This document shows, in pieces, positions 29,080-39,465 of a DNA stretch of 64,000 bases. Positions within the stretch are counted from its first letter, which is position 1, and every line of letters begins with the position of its first letter. Location of the stretch: contig CAVOXA010000014.1 in NCBI GenBank assembly GCA_963700285.1, forward strand, positions 512,001 through 576,000, written 5' to 3'. The notes beneath the pieces are model-generated. The model did no database searches. It worked only from the letters and a program-made list of their open reading frames with translations, and was not told the origin of the DNA. Both the position numbers and the translations under genes were made by a program. The stretch is from an uncultured Chloroflexia bacterium (GTDB taxonomy: Bacteria; Chloroflexota; Anaerolineae; JAAYZQ01).

Positions 29080-29100
29080 GGGGTTCATGCAAAGGATGAA

Positions 29101-29877
29101 TCAGTTGTCCCCGGTTCCTACTTTCCCGCCTCCATGTCGGTCCCGTACGCCCACGTGTACCGCCACTGTACCCAACATCATGCGCCGGTACTGAACGTCA
29201 CACCAACCCGATCCTCGCATCACTACGGCGATCTCGTCTGGGGTCAGAAAAGATGTGAGGGAATTGGGCAAGTAGGAATAGGCAGATGGCTGACCCGTGA
29301 TCCATCCTCCCAGCAACGGCACGAGCCGATAGAAATAGAGTGCGAATAAACGCCGGAATAGGGGTTGCTGGGGTTTGGCAATCTCCAGGCAAGCGACCCG
29401 CCCACCCGGACAGGTCACACGCGCCATTTCCGCAAAGGCGGCGGGAATGTCCGTCACGTTGCGGAGCGCAAAACCGGTCACGACCGCGTCAAAAACCCCA
29501 TCGGCATGGGGAAGATGCAGCGCGTCTCCAGCGGTTAGGCCCAGGTCCGCATGGGCAGCCGCCCCTTTTTCTCGGGCAATGACCAACATTTCAGATGTAA
29601 AGTCCAGACCCACAACCTGGGCAGTTGGCTGCTGGCGCAGCGTCTCCAGGGCAAAGTCGCCTGTCCCAGTGGCAACGTCCAGCACCCGGCCGCTGGGCGG
29701 TGGCGCAGCTCTAGCTACTGCATAGCGACGCCAAGCCCGATCTCGACCCAGCGTCATCAGGCGGTTCATCAGATCGTAGCGCTGAGCGATGCGACCAAAC
29801 ATCGTTCGTACGTAGGCCGCCTTGTGCTCAGGTGAAGGGATAGCGTTAGGCAGCTGTGTTCTCTGTTGGTTGTCCAT
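29101..29877 (-). CDS. menG: Demethylmenaquinone methyltransferase (UbiE/MenG)
   Basis: MFGRIAQRYDLMN, LDVATGTGD, FALRNV, AYSYLPNS. Confidence 0.88.
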   Translation of the reverse strand: MDNQQRTQLPNAIPSPEHKAAYVRTMFGRIAQRYDLMNRLMTLGRDRAWRRYAVARAAPPPSGRVLDVATGTGDFALETLRQQPTAQVVGLDFTSEMLVIAREKGAAAHADLGLTAGDALHLPHADGVFDAVVTGFALRNVTDIPAAFAEMARVTCPGGRVACLEIAKPQQPLFRRLFALYFYRLVPLLGGWITGQPSAYSYLPNSLTSFLTPDEIAVVMRGSGWCDVQYRRMMLGTVAVHVGVRDRHGGGKVGTGDN

Positions 29878-29922
29878 GTTGTTTCGTGTCCACAGGGTAG
29901 GCCAGGAGCCGGATGGCCGGTA

Positions 29923-31155
29923 CTACTCGATACGGCAAACCTTTATCGCCTGGACCACAAACTCAATCTCCTGCTCTGACAGCGACGAAGAGGACGGCAA
30001 ATACATTCCTCGCCGGCACAGATCCTCAGCGACCGGATATCGCTCGTTCCGATAGTCGGCGTGGTAGATCGGCTGCAAGTGCATGGGAATGAAGAAAGTT
30101 CGGGTTTCAATGCCTCGTCCGGCCAGACGCCTTCGAAGTTCGTCGCGACTCAGACCAAACTCATCCTCCACCAGCAGGCCATACATCCAGTAGACATTCC
30201 GGGCCCAAGGTTCCTCCTTCGGCAGGCTCAACCCAGGGACATCTTGAAGCAGCGAGCTATAGAGCAGCGCATTGCTGCGCCGGCGCTCCACAAAGCCTTC
30301 CATCTGCTCGGTCTGTGCCAGCCCGACCGCTGCCTGCATGTTGGTCATCCGAAAACTGTAGCCGATGAATTTGTGCCAGAAATGGCGCTCGTGAGAAAAG
30401 GCATGGTCCCGCAGGGTACGTACGACCTCTGCCAATCGAGGATCGTTGGTGGTGACCATTCCCCCCTCGCCAGTGGTGATGATCTTGTTGGCATAGAAGC
30501 TAAAAGCCGCGGCATCGCCCAAGCTGCCCACCAAGCGCCCTTTGTATTCGGCCCCATGGGCCTCGGCAGCGTCCTCCACAACGTACAAGTTATGTTTATT
30601 TGCAATCTCTGACACCACATCCATATCGACAGGATGGCCATAGGTATGCACCACAATGATGGCCTTGGTGCGCTCGGTGATCTTGTCCTCGATCTGCCCG
30701 ACATCCATGTTCCAAGTTCGACGCTCCGAATCGACGTATACCGGGCGTGCGCCGGTATACGATACAGCATAGGCGGTCGCGATCATGCTGAAAGTGGGAA
30801 CGATCACCTCATCCCCAGGCCCCAGGCCCAGAGCCGCCATGATCAGATGCAGCGCTGCGGTCCCACTCACACAGGCGATGCCATGTTTGCAGCCTACCAT
30901 GCGGCTGAAGCCCTGCTCGAAGAGGGGAATGTACTTGCCTGCCGACGAAATCCAATTGGTGTTCAGACAGTCCATCACGTAGCGGGTCTCATTTCCCCCC
31001 AAGGTTGGCTCGCAGACAGGAATGATTGTATGCCCAAGCTCCAACTCGGAGATTGGAATACGCGGGATTGAGATTTTCAGTTCCGGTTCGTGACCCGGTA
31101 TGATCTTGCCCAGGTCACCCAAGTCTTCCGGTAAAAGCTCCACAGGTTGCAGCAT
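29923..31155 (-). CDS. DegT/DnrJ sugar aminotransferase (perosamine-synthase-like)
   Basis: SGTAALH, EDAAEAHG, FSFYANKIITTGEGGM; ATG 31155 after GGAGG. Confidence 0.92.
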   Translation of the reverse strand: MLQPVELLPEDLGDLGKIIPGHEPELKISIPRIPISELELGHTIIPVCEPTLGGNETRYVMDCLNTNWISSAGKYIPLFEQGFSRMVGCKHGIACVSGTAALHLIMAALGLGPGDEVIVPTFSMIATAYAVSYTGARPVYVDSERRTWNMDVGQIEDKITERTKAIIVVHTYGHPVDMDVVSEIANKHNLYVVEDAAEAHGAEYKGRLVGSLGDAAAFSFYANKIITTGEGGMVTTNDPRLAEVVRTLRDHAFSHERHFWHKFIGYSFRMTNMQAAVGLAQTEQMEGFVERRRSNALLYSSLLQDVPGLSLPKEEPWARNVYWMYGLLVEDEFGLSRDELRRRLAGRGIETRTFFIPMHLQPIYHADYRNERYPVAEDLCRRGMYLPSSSSLSEQEIEFVVQAIKVCRIE

Positions 31156-31169
31156 TTTCTTCCTCCAAC

Positions 31170-31916
31170 TCAAGAATTCTTGTGGCGGGGGGAATGGTCA
31201 GCGCCACCAGCCCACAGCCGCACTACAGTTAGTACGTATTTCCAGCCCCGCTGGATGTAGCCCAAGGGATTGGTCGCCGTCTTTGACTGCCCTTCCAAGC
31301 GGGGAACGCAATGGTAGGGAACCTCGCGAATGGAGAAACCAAGCCTTTGCGCTCGAGCCAGCAGATCAATGCAATACTCGCCATAATCTCCCCGTAGCTT
31401 GATGCTCTCGAACACACAGCGGTGTACTGCCATAAAGCCGCTGGTATAGTCCTTGACCCCCCAGCCCAGGAACAGTGACGCCCAGAGATTGATGGTCCGG
31501 CTGAAGAGCCGGCCTACAAGAGAATGGCCGATGTCCGCCCCGCCTCGCACGTAGCGCGAGCCTACAGCAATATCTGCCGCCCTTGTAGCTTCGAGCAAAG
31601 CGGGCAACACTTCAGGTGGCATGGAGAGATCGCAGTCCATCCAGGCGATTACCTCTCCCCGGGCAAGACCAATGCCCGCCATGAGTGCCGAGGTCAGACC
31701 CCGCTCTTTCTTGCGTCGAAGCAAGGTTACCCGCTGGTCCTCGCTGGCAATCTGCTCAACCACCTGCCACGTGCGGTCAGGGGAATCATCATCCACCACA
31801 ATGATCTCCATCGGCTGCCCTACATTGGCCAGGATTCTCTCGATGAGCGGGCCGATGTTCTCCCGCTCGTCGTAGGTGGGTAGTACGACTGTTACCAAGT
31901 CCAGACTATTGCTCAT
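31170..31916 (-). CDS. GT2 polyprenol-phosphate sugar synthase (DPM1-like)
   Basis: PTYDERENI, VDDDSPDRT, MDCDLS, GSRYV, DYTSGF. Confidence 0.9.
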   Translation of the reverse strand: MSNSLDLVTVVLPTYDERENIGPLIERILANVGQPMEIIVVDDDSPDRTWQVVEQIASEDQRVTLLRRKKERGLTSALMAGIGLARGEVIAWMDCDLSMPPEVLPALLEATRAADIAVGSRYVRGGADIGHSLVGRLFSRTINLWASLFLGWGVKDYTSGFMAVHRCVFESIKLRGDYGEYCIDLLARAQRLGFSIREVPYHCVPRLEGQSKTATNPLGYIQRGWKYVLTVVRLWAGGADHSPRHKNS

Positions 31917-34099
31917 TGGACATCGATCCCATCGATAACAACGCTATCCTGGCCCGAGGGCAAGAGCAACCGCTCCCCGGTCTGCGGGTCATAGACACCG
32001 ACATGCAATTGATAGGTGCCAGCCGCCAGATCTAGCGGCAGTAGTAAACCCATCCGTCCGCTTGACTGCAGGGGAATGTCCTGCTGGGCATGGAGCTGCC
32101 CCTGCTCGGATATGAGATGGCTGAACGCCTTGTAGTTCAGGTCAGGTGCCGGGGGTTCGCGCCAGTGCAATCGCAGACGCAACACCTGCCCACCCTGAAG
32201 TGGATCCCCGTCCAGCTCTACACGATCCAGTATCACTTTGTCGCCAAAGTCAGCATTGGTATCCTCCATGCGAATCGCAGAAGGCGCTGCGCTTGCATAG
32301 TGTACAAGTCTTTGCTCAGGTCCAACCCACTCATCCGTCGTAGAGTAGCCGGTTTGACTCAGCCGTTGGCTGAGATAGACGTTCCAATCGGCACTCTGGC
32401 CACCTGCAAAATCGAGGAACAACCAGATACGTGAGTGGCTGCCCACAAAGCCTGCCCACTGCCCCTCGAATGCCTCAGGTCGGAATTCACCGTCGTCGCG
32501 CGTGTACAGGCGTACATCCTGCTCAGGCAAGAAAGGCGCCACCGCATCAAAGCCTTGCCTGCTAGTGACTACAACACCGTCGTCTGGCAGAGCAGCCGCA
32601 CGGATACGATCCACCACAGACCGCTGGGGACTGTCGGCGTACCGTTGCTGGCCATAGTCACGGACAAAAGCCGCGGATCCAAAGCCTATTAGCACCAGTG
32701 TCGCCAGTACTAGGGGAATTGAGAGCCAACGCCGCACTTTTTCCCAGCGAGGACGGGGCAGAAAATGCATCACGGCCAGGAACTCTGGGACCAAGATCAG
32801 CATCAGTACAGTACGCGAGAGTACGGTAACCGCCAGCAGCCACTGGGCTTCGGGCAGGAGAAAGAAGAAGAATATACGCTCAACCACAGCGTTGACGGTG
32901 AGCAGGGTGGCGTAGGCCAATCCCCAGCCATTGGGCATGGCCAGTACCAGGAAAGGCAAGTACCATAAGAGAAACTGAGGGCTGTAGCCTTTGGAAAAAA
33001 CCATAAAGAGGTTCAGGCTGAGTCCCACAAAGGCGACGATGCTCATCGGGTCGGCAGCCTGGCCCATGCCATTTATGACCGGATGCCTGAACTGCTCCAG
33101 CACGGAGCGCAGTCGAGACGGGGGCCTGTCCACCTTGGGCAGCTGCCAGGGCAACAGGTAAACAAGCAGATAGACCAGACCGGAGACTGCCAGCACCGCC
33201 GACCAGGGTAAAAACTCTGGACGCTGCCCACCTCCAGCTTGAGCGGGATCAAAACGGTTGCCGATCACCAGGCCATAGGAGTAGTAGCCGTCGAGCAACG
33301 CAAACACAGTCTCCCACGATGGCTGGGTCAAAAGCGCGCGCCATGAGGCGACAAAGAGCACCGAATTGGCCAAGTAGAAAGGCAAGTTGATGGCAACGAT
33401 GGTCAGGCCCAGCACTATCAGAAAGCGCCACCGCCGGGCAAGCAGCTTGAACCCTACAGGCACGAGTACCAGGGGCAAGACCTTGACCATGGCCCCCAAT
33501 CCGACGGCCAGCCCGCTGAGACCGGGTCGGTTTTTCAGGAGCAGGTACAGCCCCAGGAGCAAGAAGAAGAGCGAGGCACCGTCGAACCATCCGGCATGGA
33601 CGAAGATTGGGCCAAAGAGTAGAGCATAGAAAGTGGCACTGCGCAGTGCCCTGCGCCGGCCCGGTCTGTCGCGGCCATACAGCCGCAGCCCCAACAGGTA
33701 GACCAGCGCCAGATTGCCTACAGCAAAGAGCGCCATGAGTGCGCCAAAGACCACGTAGAACCATAGTTGAGGATGGGGCGCGGGTGGCAGTAGTCGGCTG
33801 ACCCAATAGGCCCCGACCGGCAGCCAGGGGAACAAGGGTGGATACTCTACCCAGTAGTGGATGTAGGGGAAGTAGCCGCTGTCCAGGCGTGAAGCCATCT
33901 CCTGGTAGTACCAGTAGTCCGAATAGTCACCGAACCGGCCGCCCGGTGCGAAAAAGATCAGCAGCATGCTCTGAAGGACAGCAAAAAGCGCTAGAAGCAG
34001 TACAAAATCCCGGTGGTTGTCATATCCCGCCCGAATCCGGTGCGGCCAGCCGCTGTCGATGGTTCGGGTTGCCGTGTTCGGAGAACGAGAATGCGTCAT
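31913..34099 (-). CDS. GT-C (GT87-like) membrane glycosyltransferase with C-terminal Ig-like domain
   Basis: PY..YWVEYPP, YSPQFLLW, many TMs; LRLHW...GTYQLHVGVYD. Confidence 0.75.
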   Translation of the reverse strand: MTHSRSPNTATRTIDSGWPHRIRAGYDNHRDFVLLLALFAVLQSMLLIFFAPGGRFGDYSDYWYYQEMASRLDSGYFPYIHYWVEYPPLFPWLPVGAYWVSRLLPPAPHPQLWFYVVFGALMALFAVGNLALVYLLGLRLYGRDRPGRRRALRSATFYALLFGPIFVHAGWFDGASLFFLLLGLYLLLKNRPGLSGLAVGLGAMVKVLPLVLVPVGFKLLARRWRFLIVLGLTIVAINLPFYLANSVLFVASWRALLTQPSWETVFALLDGYYSYGLVIGNRFDPAQAGGGQRPEFLPWSAVLAVSGLVYLLVYLLPWQLPKVDRPPSRLRSVLEQFRHPVINGMGQAADPMSIVAFVGLSLNLFMVFSKGYSPQFLLWYLPFLVLAMPNGWGLAYATLLTVNAVVERIFFFFLLPEAQWLLAVTVLSRTVLMLILVPEFLAVMHFLPRPRWEKVRRWLSIPLVLATLVLIGFGSAAFVRDYGQQRYADSPQRSVVDRIRAAALPDDGVVVTSRQGFDAVAPFLPEQDVRLYTRDDGEFRPEAFEGQWAGFVGSHSRIWLFLDFAGGQSADWNVYLSQRLSQTGYSTTDEWVGPEQRLVHYASAAPSAIRMEDTNADFGDKVILDRVELDGDPLQGGQVLRLRLHWREPPAPDLNYKAFSHLISEQGQLHAQQDIPLQSSGRMGLLLPLDLAAGTYQLHVGVYDPQTGERLLLPSGQDSVVIDGIDVQ

Positions 34100-36567
34100 G
34101 GCCCATTACCTTGAGCAACGATGACCTCACCCAGGGCTACGTGATCGCCCAAGAGAACGCCGTCGTCAGTGGTAACCATCTGCCTTTCCATGCTGGCTGG
34201 TAGATAGAGCCCGGCGATGAGACTGTAGCGACCTGGCGCCACAGCCGTGGGCAAGGCCAGGCCGTAGTTGTCAACGATCACCTCACCGGGCTGCCACGTG
34301 GAGGTCGGGCGAAAACCTCCCACGGGAAGGCGGTCTAGCTGCATATGGAGTTTACCACCTTCGTCCAGCAGTTGAACAAAGACAGTGTAGTCCTGGTCCA
34401 CCGGCCGCTCTGCCCGCCAGAACAGAGAGAAAGCCAACACATCACCAGGGTAGACCTCCAAAGGCGCGGTGGATGTACAGGGCACACTTTGGACGCCGTC
34501 GGGCGGGTCACTACAGGTAGGAGCGAAGCTTTCCAGCCACAGGTCATCCCCCAAGCGAAGATTCACGGGCGCCTCGAACGCCTGTCCAATGCCTCCAGCG
34601 GGCCACTCGTATTGCACCAAACGCATAGCAGGGCTCATCCACCAGCTTGCCACCCTGAAGGCGTTCTCGTCTAGCCAGCGCTCGGTGGTGCTTGCCGGAT
34701 CGGCCTCTGGTGTCGTATCAAGCACGAGCCACAGCCGGTGGTGTTCTCTGCCCAGAGCAGCCAACTCTGCCCGTCGCTGGACTGAAACCGGCTCCTGGCG
34801 CGCCCAGCCCCAATAGACTGGAGCAGCCTTGTAGCGATCGAGTAACGAAGTCGTGTGTCCCAGATGATCGCCAAAGGGCAAAAGATCCACGATCATCACG
34901 TCCTCGTGATGGGCTGTCGCCAGCGCTTCCGAGAGCATTCCCCCGCCTGCCTGCCACTCGTTGGTGGGAGCTGGCAGGCGCACCAGCACCACCATAGAGA
35001 CGAGCAACAACACAACACAGCCTGCCGACCAGAACAGGCGCGGCCCCTTCCGTTCTGTGGTTCTGGAGCCACGCCACCAGCCAAGCAATGCAGCCAGGCA
35101 CAAAACCAGGGGCGAGAGAAGCCTGGGCCAATCTATCCCTTCGGCCAGGTCGCGCGCCCAGGCCAGATCCAACTGGCTGGCAGATCCCGCTCCAGCGATG
35201 GCATTGCGGAGCAAGGCCCAGTGCCCCAGGAGAGGGCTGAGTTCAACCTGAAAGTTGATCTGCCCACTGTCCAGGCCCCGCTGATAGAGCAGCAGAAGAT
35301 ACTGGTTAAAGTCCACCGCCACACCCAGGACCTGTACCAGCGAGCTGACGAGCGCCAGCAACGCCAGCAGAACTATGGCCCAGCGCCTGCCCGGGTACAA
35401 GGACCATTCCAGCACCGGCGCCAGAAAGAGGCAAAGAAAGGGCAAGCTCGGCACCATGAATCGCGGCCCCCAACTCCAGCCTCCCCACCACATGAACCAA
35501 CCCGCATAGAGCAGAGGAAATGCGATGGCCACGCCCAGACTCAGGAGGGCAGTAGCCCTGTCACGTCGAAAGAGAGCCGGAATGCCGGCGAGTGCGGCTA
35601 GCAGGATAGGCGAGTATAGAAACAAGCCTTTCCCAGGACTGACTAGCAGGCCAGCCAGGCCGCGCCAGAGCGGTGTCGAAAAAGTCTCATCAGGGGCATA
35701 GCCCAGATCTAATGGGCTCCCGCTCCGGACCTGGTTGTAGGCAGCCAGTAGAAGACCAGCGCCAGCTATTGGCAACAGGAAAGCAATGGCAGAGGGCAAC
35801 AGACTCATGGTCTTCTCAAAAAGTGTCTCGCCCTGCGGCTTTTTCGGTTGCTCCTGCTGGTTGGCCGCCCAAAAGGCGTAGAAAAAATAGAAGGGCCAGA
35901 CAACAACGTTGGCAACTTTGGCGAGCAGAGCAATGCTGAGACCCAAGCCGGCCACAAAAGCATAGCGCAACTGAAACGACCGTCTGAAAGCCAGCAAACC
36001 CCACAGGCCGGCCAGCAGGCCCAGGGCAGTCAGCGGTTCGCTGAAAAAGTACTTGGCATAGGGCCAGGCCATGGTCCCCAGACCATAAGCCAGGGAGGTA
36101 AGTGCTGCGACCAGAGGACGATAGCCTAGCAATTGTATGCTCGAGTAGAGCAGCCAGGCGGTCAAGGCTGTAACCAAGGCATTCGCCAGCATCATGGCCC
36201 GGACAAGGCCAACCTCTGGCACATGCAGAGCTAGCCAGTAGAAAGGCGCCCCCAGCAAGGTCGAGCCTAATCCCTTCTTGGAGTATAGGTGCCCGTCGGG
36301 GCCAAGCTGTCCCTGGCTGGGCGTCCAAGCCAGCGACCACCGAATTTGGTCCGTGGTAACCCGGCCATGCTTGTCAAGGTTTTCGATCATGGCCGCGACC
36401 GAGACTTCGTCGATGGCGTGAAAGTTGCCGCTATAGCTGAGCAAGTAGACAGCCGTCAACAGCAAGAACAGCCAGAGGCCAGACCTGTTCCTCTGAATGG
36501 GGGAGCGAGCCCCCGGTGGGGGAGCGCTCTTTGAACCGGATTCCAGCGCGACCGCTCCGTTGTTCAC
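34096..36567 (-). CDS. GT-C-type membrane glycosyltransferase
   Basis: IDE loop, FSEP, SPGKGLFLYSP, WWGGWSWGPRF; C-terminal Ig-like domain. Confidence 0.7.
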   Translation of the reverse strand: MNNGAVALESGSKSAPPPGARSPIQRNRSGLWLFLLLTAVYLLSYSGNFHAIDEVSVAAMIENLDKHGRVTTDQIRWSLAWTPSQGQLGPDGHLYSKKGLGSTLLGAPFYWLALHVPEVGLVRAMMLANALVTALTAWLLYSSIQLLGYRPLVAALTSLAYGLGTMAWPYAKYFFSEPLTALGLLAGLWGLLAFRRSFQLRYAFVAGLGLSIALLAKVANVVVWPFYFFYAFWAANQQEQPKKPQGETLFEKTMSLLPSAIAFLLPIAGAGLLLAAYNQVRSGSPLDLGYAPDETFSTPLWRGLAGLLVSPGKGLFLYSPILLAALAGIPALFRRDRATALLSLGVAIAFPLLYAGWFMWWGGWSWGPRFMVPSLPFLCLFLAPVLEWSLYPGRRWAIVLLALLALVSSLVQVLGVAVDFNQYLLLLYQRGLDSGQINFQVELSPLLGHWALLRNAIAGAGSASQLDLAWARDLAEGIDWPRLLSPLVLCLAALLGWWRGSRTTERKGPRLFWSAGCVVLLLVSMVVLVRLPAPTNEWQAGGGMLSEALATAHHEDVMIVDLLPFGDHLGHTTSLLDRYKAAPVYWGWARQEPVSVQRRAELAALGREHHRLWLVLDTTPEADPASTTERWLDENAFRVASWWMSPAMRLVQYEWPAGGIGQAFEAPVNLRLGDDLWLESFAPTCSDPPDGVQSVPCTSTAPLEVYPGDVLAFSLFWRAERPVDQDYTVFVQLLDEGGKLHMQLDRLPVGGFRPTSTWQPGEVIVDNYGLALPTAVAPGRYSLIAGLYLPASMERQMVTTDDGVLLGDHVALGEVIVAQGNGP

Positions 36568-39455
36568 TGGTTCGCCTCCACCAGGGGCAGATAGATGCGG
36601 AAGTTCATCTTGGGCAGGATTGGCAGTGGCGCAGGAGTACTCCTGGGGTGGATCACTACCTCAGCGATGGGGATACGATCGCCTACGACCTCGTTGCCCT
36701 GGGCATCGAACACGGACAAGCGGAGACCAGTAGGTTCATCGTACATCCCTGCCGTCAACAGATAGGTGCCAGGGTCCAGATCTGCGGGTAGGGGCACAAG
36801 ATGCCGGTCCACAACCACTTCGCCCTGGACCCAGGTGTTTGGAGGACAGCAACCTTCGCCGGGCAGATCGTCGTGCTGGGCCACAGGGGGCGAAAGCCCA
36901 CCGTCGCCCAAGTGTGTGAATACCTTGTACGGCTTGACGGTGGCCCCACGAGCCTGCCAATACAGAGTTACTCCGAGCTGGCCACCTGGCGCCGCCGAGG
37001 CTATGTCCAAGTCATAGCCCAACAGATCCACTTGCTGGCCCAATCGGTAGCGCAATGTATTTGCCATTGCAGGTAGCTCAAAATTGTGGGACCGATCAGG
37101 CAGTTCTGTGACCAAAAGACGGCCCAGTACTAGGCCGTCACCGGACCGGCGAGGCTGCCAGGGCAACAACCAATCGAGACCTTTGGGGCCGTCCGAGTCG
37201 CTGGAAGAAAGTGCCTGGCCCTGCGGATCCAGAACCTTTAGTCGTAGGTCATACTCACCCGGAGCAACCTGGCCAGGAAGGCTGAGTTGGTGTGGTCCAC
37301 GCAGGAATTGCCCCGCCAGCCAAACGCTGGTTGGAGCAGCGTCTGCCACCAGCGGTCGCTTCCAGTTGGCCAAGACCTTGCCATCAGGCAATATCAACTC
37401 TAGCAGGAGTTCATAGTCGTCGGAAGGCGTATTCTGGACTTGCCAATACAGGTCCAACGCAACGGTACCGCCAGCCGGGGCTTCTGCGGAGGTGAGGTCA
37501 AAGCCCAAGAGATCAATCTCGTTGCCAAACCCCGCCTCCAAGGAATACTGAACCACAGGACGGGGGCCTGGCCGAATTTCTGCTTGCCCAAGTTCCATCA
37601 CATGGACCGGCCCCAGGTCAACCCGTTGCCCGCTGCCTGCAGCCACCAACTCCCGGCCCTCATCGGGAGCGTACAGCGCCACCTGAAGCCGGTAGGAGCC
37701 CGGCGGTGTTCCCTTCGGTATCAATAAGGCATGCTGGTCCTGAACAAGGGCAGCCGGCTCCCAGGCATCGGTCGGGCACCAACCGCCACATGGCTCGCTC
37801 TGCCTCGTTGCCCAAACCTGGCTCTCGTCATCCACCAGGTAGAGGGAGACCCAGAGGGAAGAGTCTAGCTCCTCGGCTGCCTGCCAGCCAAACGCCAAAC
37901 GGATTGCATCGCCAGCCGTAACTATGGGCGACGAGCTGTAAGCAGTCACCAGGCGAACTCTGTCCTCCCAAGCAACCGCTGGTTCTATGGTGAGCGGCTC
38001 CAGCGCATTCGTTGTGAAGTAGAGGGCAGCAGAGCCTCCACCTGCGAACCACTCCTTGTAGGCTTGGTAGGCATGCGATACCAGCCACTGTTCCACTCGT
38101 GACTCGGGATCCTCTGTCCAGGCTCCGATGGGACCCAGCCAGATACGGCCGCGCTGGCCGACGAGATTCCTCATCTTACTGTCCAACGCCTCATCCGGGA
38201 GCGTAGCGTATGCGGGGACATAGGCTGTTTCCAAATCACCCTGTGCGTAGTACTCCTCAAAGGGCCAGAATGCAGGCTGGTTCATGATGATGAGATCATC
38301 GGGTAGTGCACGGTCCTCGATATATGTCATGATCGCGCCAAACTCAAAACCAGGCTCGGCGTCCTGGCGGTATAGCCAATAGCCAGTGGTCGCACCCATG
38401 AGGATAAGCCCCGCCAGAAACAGAACCTGGCTCCTGCTACGCAAGACAAGCAGCCCGCAGGCCACCAGCGCGTATATGGCCGGCAAAAGATAGGCCAGGT
38501 GTCGATCTTGCAGCCAGTAGGGGATGGCCAGGGCAACCAGCCAGGGTACAAGCAGCCAGGCCAGCACAAAACGGCGCGAGCCCACCTGACTCACCGGATG
38601 GTTAGCCGGGGCAGGCAGCAGCGGCCAAAAGACCACCCCCAGCACAGCCAGCAGGGCCAGAGCCACATGCCCGGCGACCGGTGGCTCTGACAGTAGTCCA
38701 CCTGCCGTGTGCATGACGCGCTGGCCCAGACTCGAGACACCTCCACCCTCACCAGTGACCACCTGCTCTAGCGCCTGTCGGAAACCCGGTGAGAACCCGA
38801 ACCAGGCAGCAACCAGCAGAACGCAGGCGATCAGAACCACAAAGAGAAGGACAGCCTGTCTCCTATACTTTTTCCCACTCAGGAGAAGAAAGGCCAAGGG
38901 CACCAACAACATGAGGGAGAAATAGTAATGTACCACTATGCCCAGGATTGAAACCGCAAGGAACCCGAGCCACCAGCGGAGGCGTGAGGTTTCCAGACCA
39001 CGGAGAAAGCAGATCAATAGCAACACCCCCAGCAAGGGGAGGAGGCTGTACATGCGCGCGTTCTGCGAGTGATCGATGTGGACGGCAGACAGGGCACAGA
39101 CCAAGGCAACCAGCAGTCCAAAGGACTGTCCACCCCAGGAAGCCATGAACCGGTACAAGAGAGGGACAAGGAGGACACCGCAGAACAGGGAGAAAAAGCG
39201 AAGAGCAAACTCAGTCGTGCCTGTGGCGCGAGTCCAGGCGTGAAGCGAGAGATAGTACAGCGGGGGATGCTCGAAGGGCGTGTGCAGGGTATACTGAAGG
39301 ATACCTGCCCATCCCTTCGCTGCTATGACAGTACTGAGCGCCTCATCGAACCAGAGTTCACCACGCCCCAAGCTATAGACACGCAGAAGAAAGGCCAGCA
39401 GGATGATGCCCAAAAGCGCCCAGCGCTGGCGCAGGTTCGCCGCTTGTCCACCCAT
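36564..39455 (-). CDS. GT39/PMT-like glycosyltransferase with three Ig-like repeats and a C-terminal YLPLV motif
   Basis: LWFDEA, EHPPLYY, ARMYSL; repeated LYWQ...GxYxL domains; ends IYLPLVEANQ; start placed at ATG 39455. Confidence 0.78.
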   Translation of the reverse strand: MGGQAANLRQRWALLGIILLAFLLRVYSLGRGELWFDEALSTVIAAKGWAGILQYTLHTPFEHPPLYYLSLHAWTRATGTTEFALRFFSLFCGVLLVPLLYRFMASWGGQSFGLLVALVCALSAVHIDHSQNARMYSLLPLLGVLLLICFLRGLETSRLRWWLGFLAVSILGIVVHYYFSLMLLVPLAFLLLSGKKYRRQAVLLFVVLIACVLLVAAWFGFSPGFRQALEQVVTGEGGGVSSLGQRVMHTAGGLLSEPPVAGHVALALLAVLGVVFWPLLPAPANHPVSQVGSRRFVLAWLLVPWLVALAIPYWLQDRHLAYLLPAIYALVACGLLVLRSRSQVLFLAGLILMGATTGYWLYRQDAEPGFEFGAIMTYIEDRALPDDLIIMNQPAFWPFEEYYAQGDLETAYVPAYATLPDEALDSKMRNLVGQRGRIWLGPIGAWTEDPESRVEQWLVSHAYQAYKEWFAGGGSAALYFTTNALEPLTIEPAVAWEDRVRLVTAYSSSPIVTAGDAIRLAFGWQAAEELDSSLWVSLYLVDDESQVWATRQSEPCGGWCPTDAWEPAALVQDQHALLIPKGTPPGSYRLQVALYAPDEGRELVAAGSGQRVDLGPVHVMELGQAEIRPGPRPVVQYSLEAGFGNEIDLLGFDLTSAEAPAGGTVALDLYWQVQNTPSDDYELLLELILPDGKVLANWKRPLVADAAPTSVWLAGQFLRGPHQLSLPGQVAPGEYDLRLKVLDPQGQALSSSDSDGPKGLDWLLPWQPRRSGDGLVLGRLLVTELPDRSHNFELPAMANTLRYRLGQQVDLLGYDLDIASAAPGGQLGVTLYWQARGATVKPYKVFTHLGDGGLSPPVAQHDDLPGEGCCPPNTWVQGEVVVDRHLVPLPADLDPGTYLLTAGMYDEPTGLRLSVFDAQGNEVVGDRIPIAEVVIHPRSTPAPLPILPKMNFRIYLPLVEANQ

Positions 39456-39465
39456 CGGGTCCAGA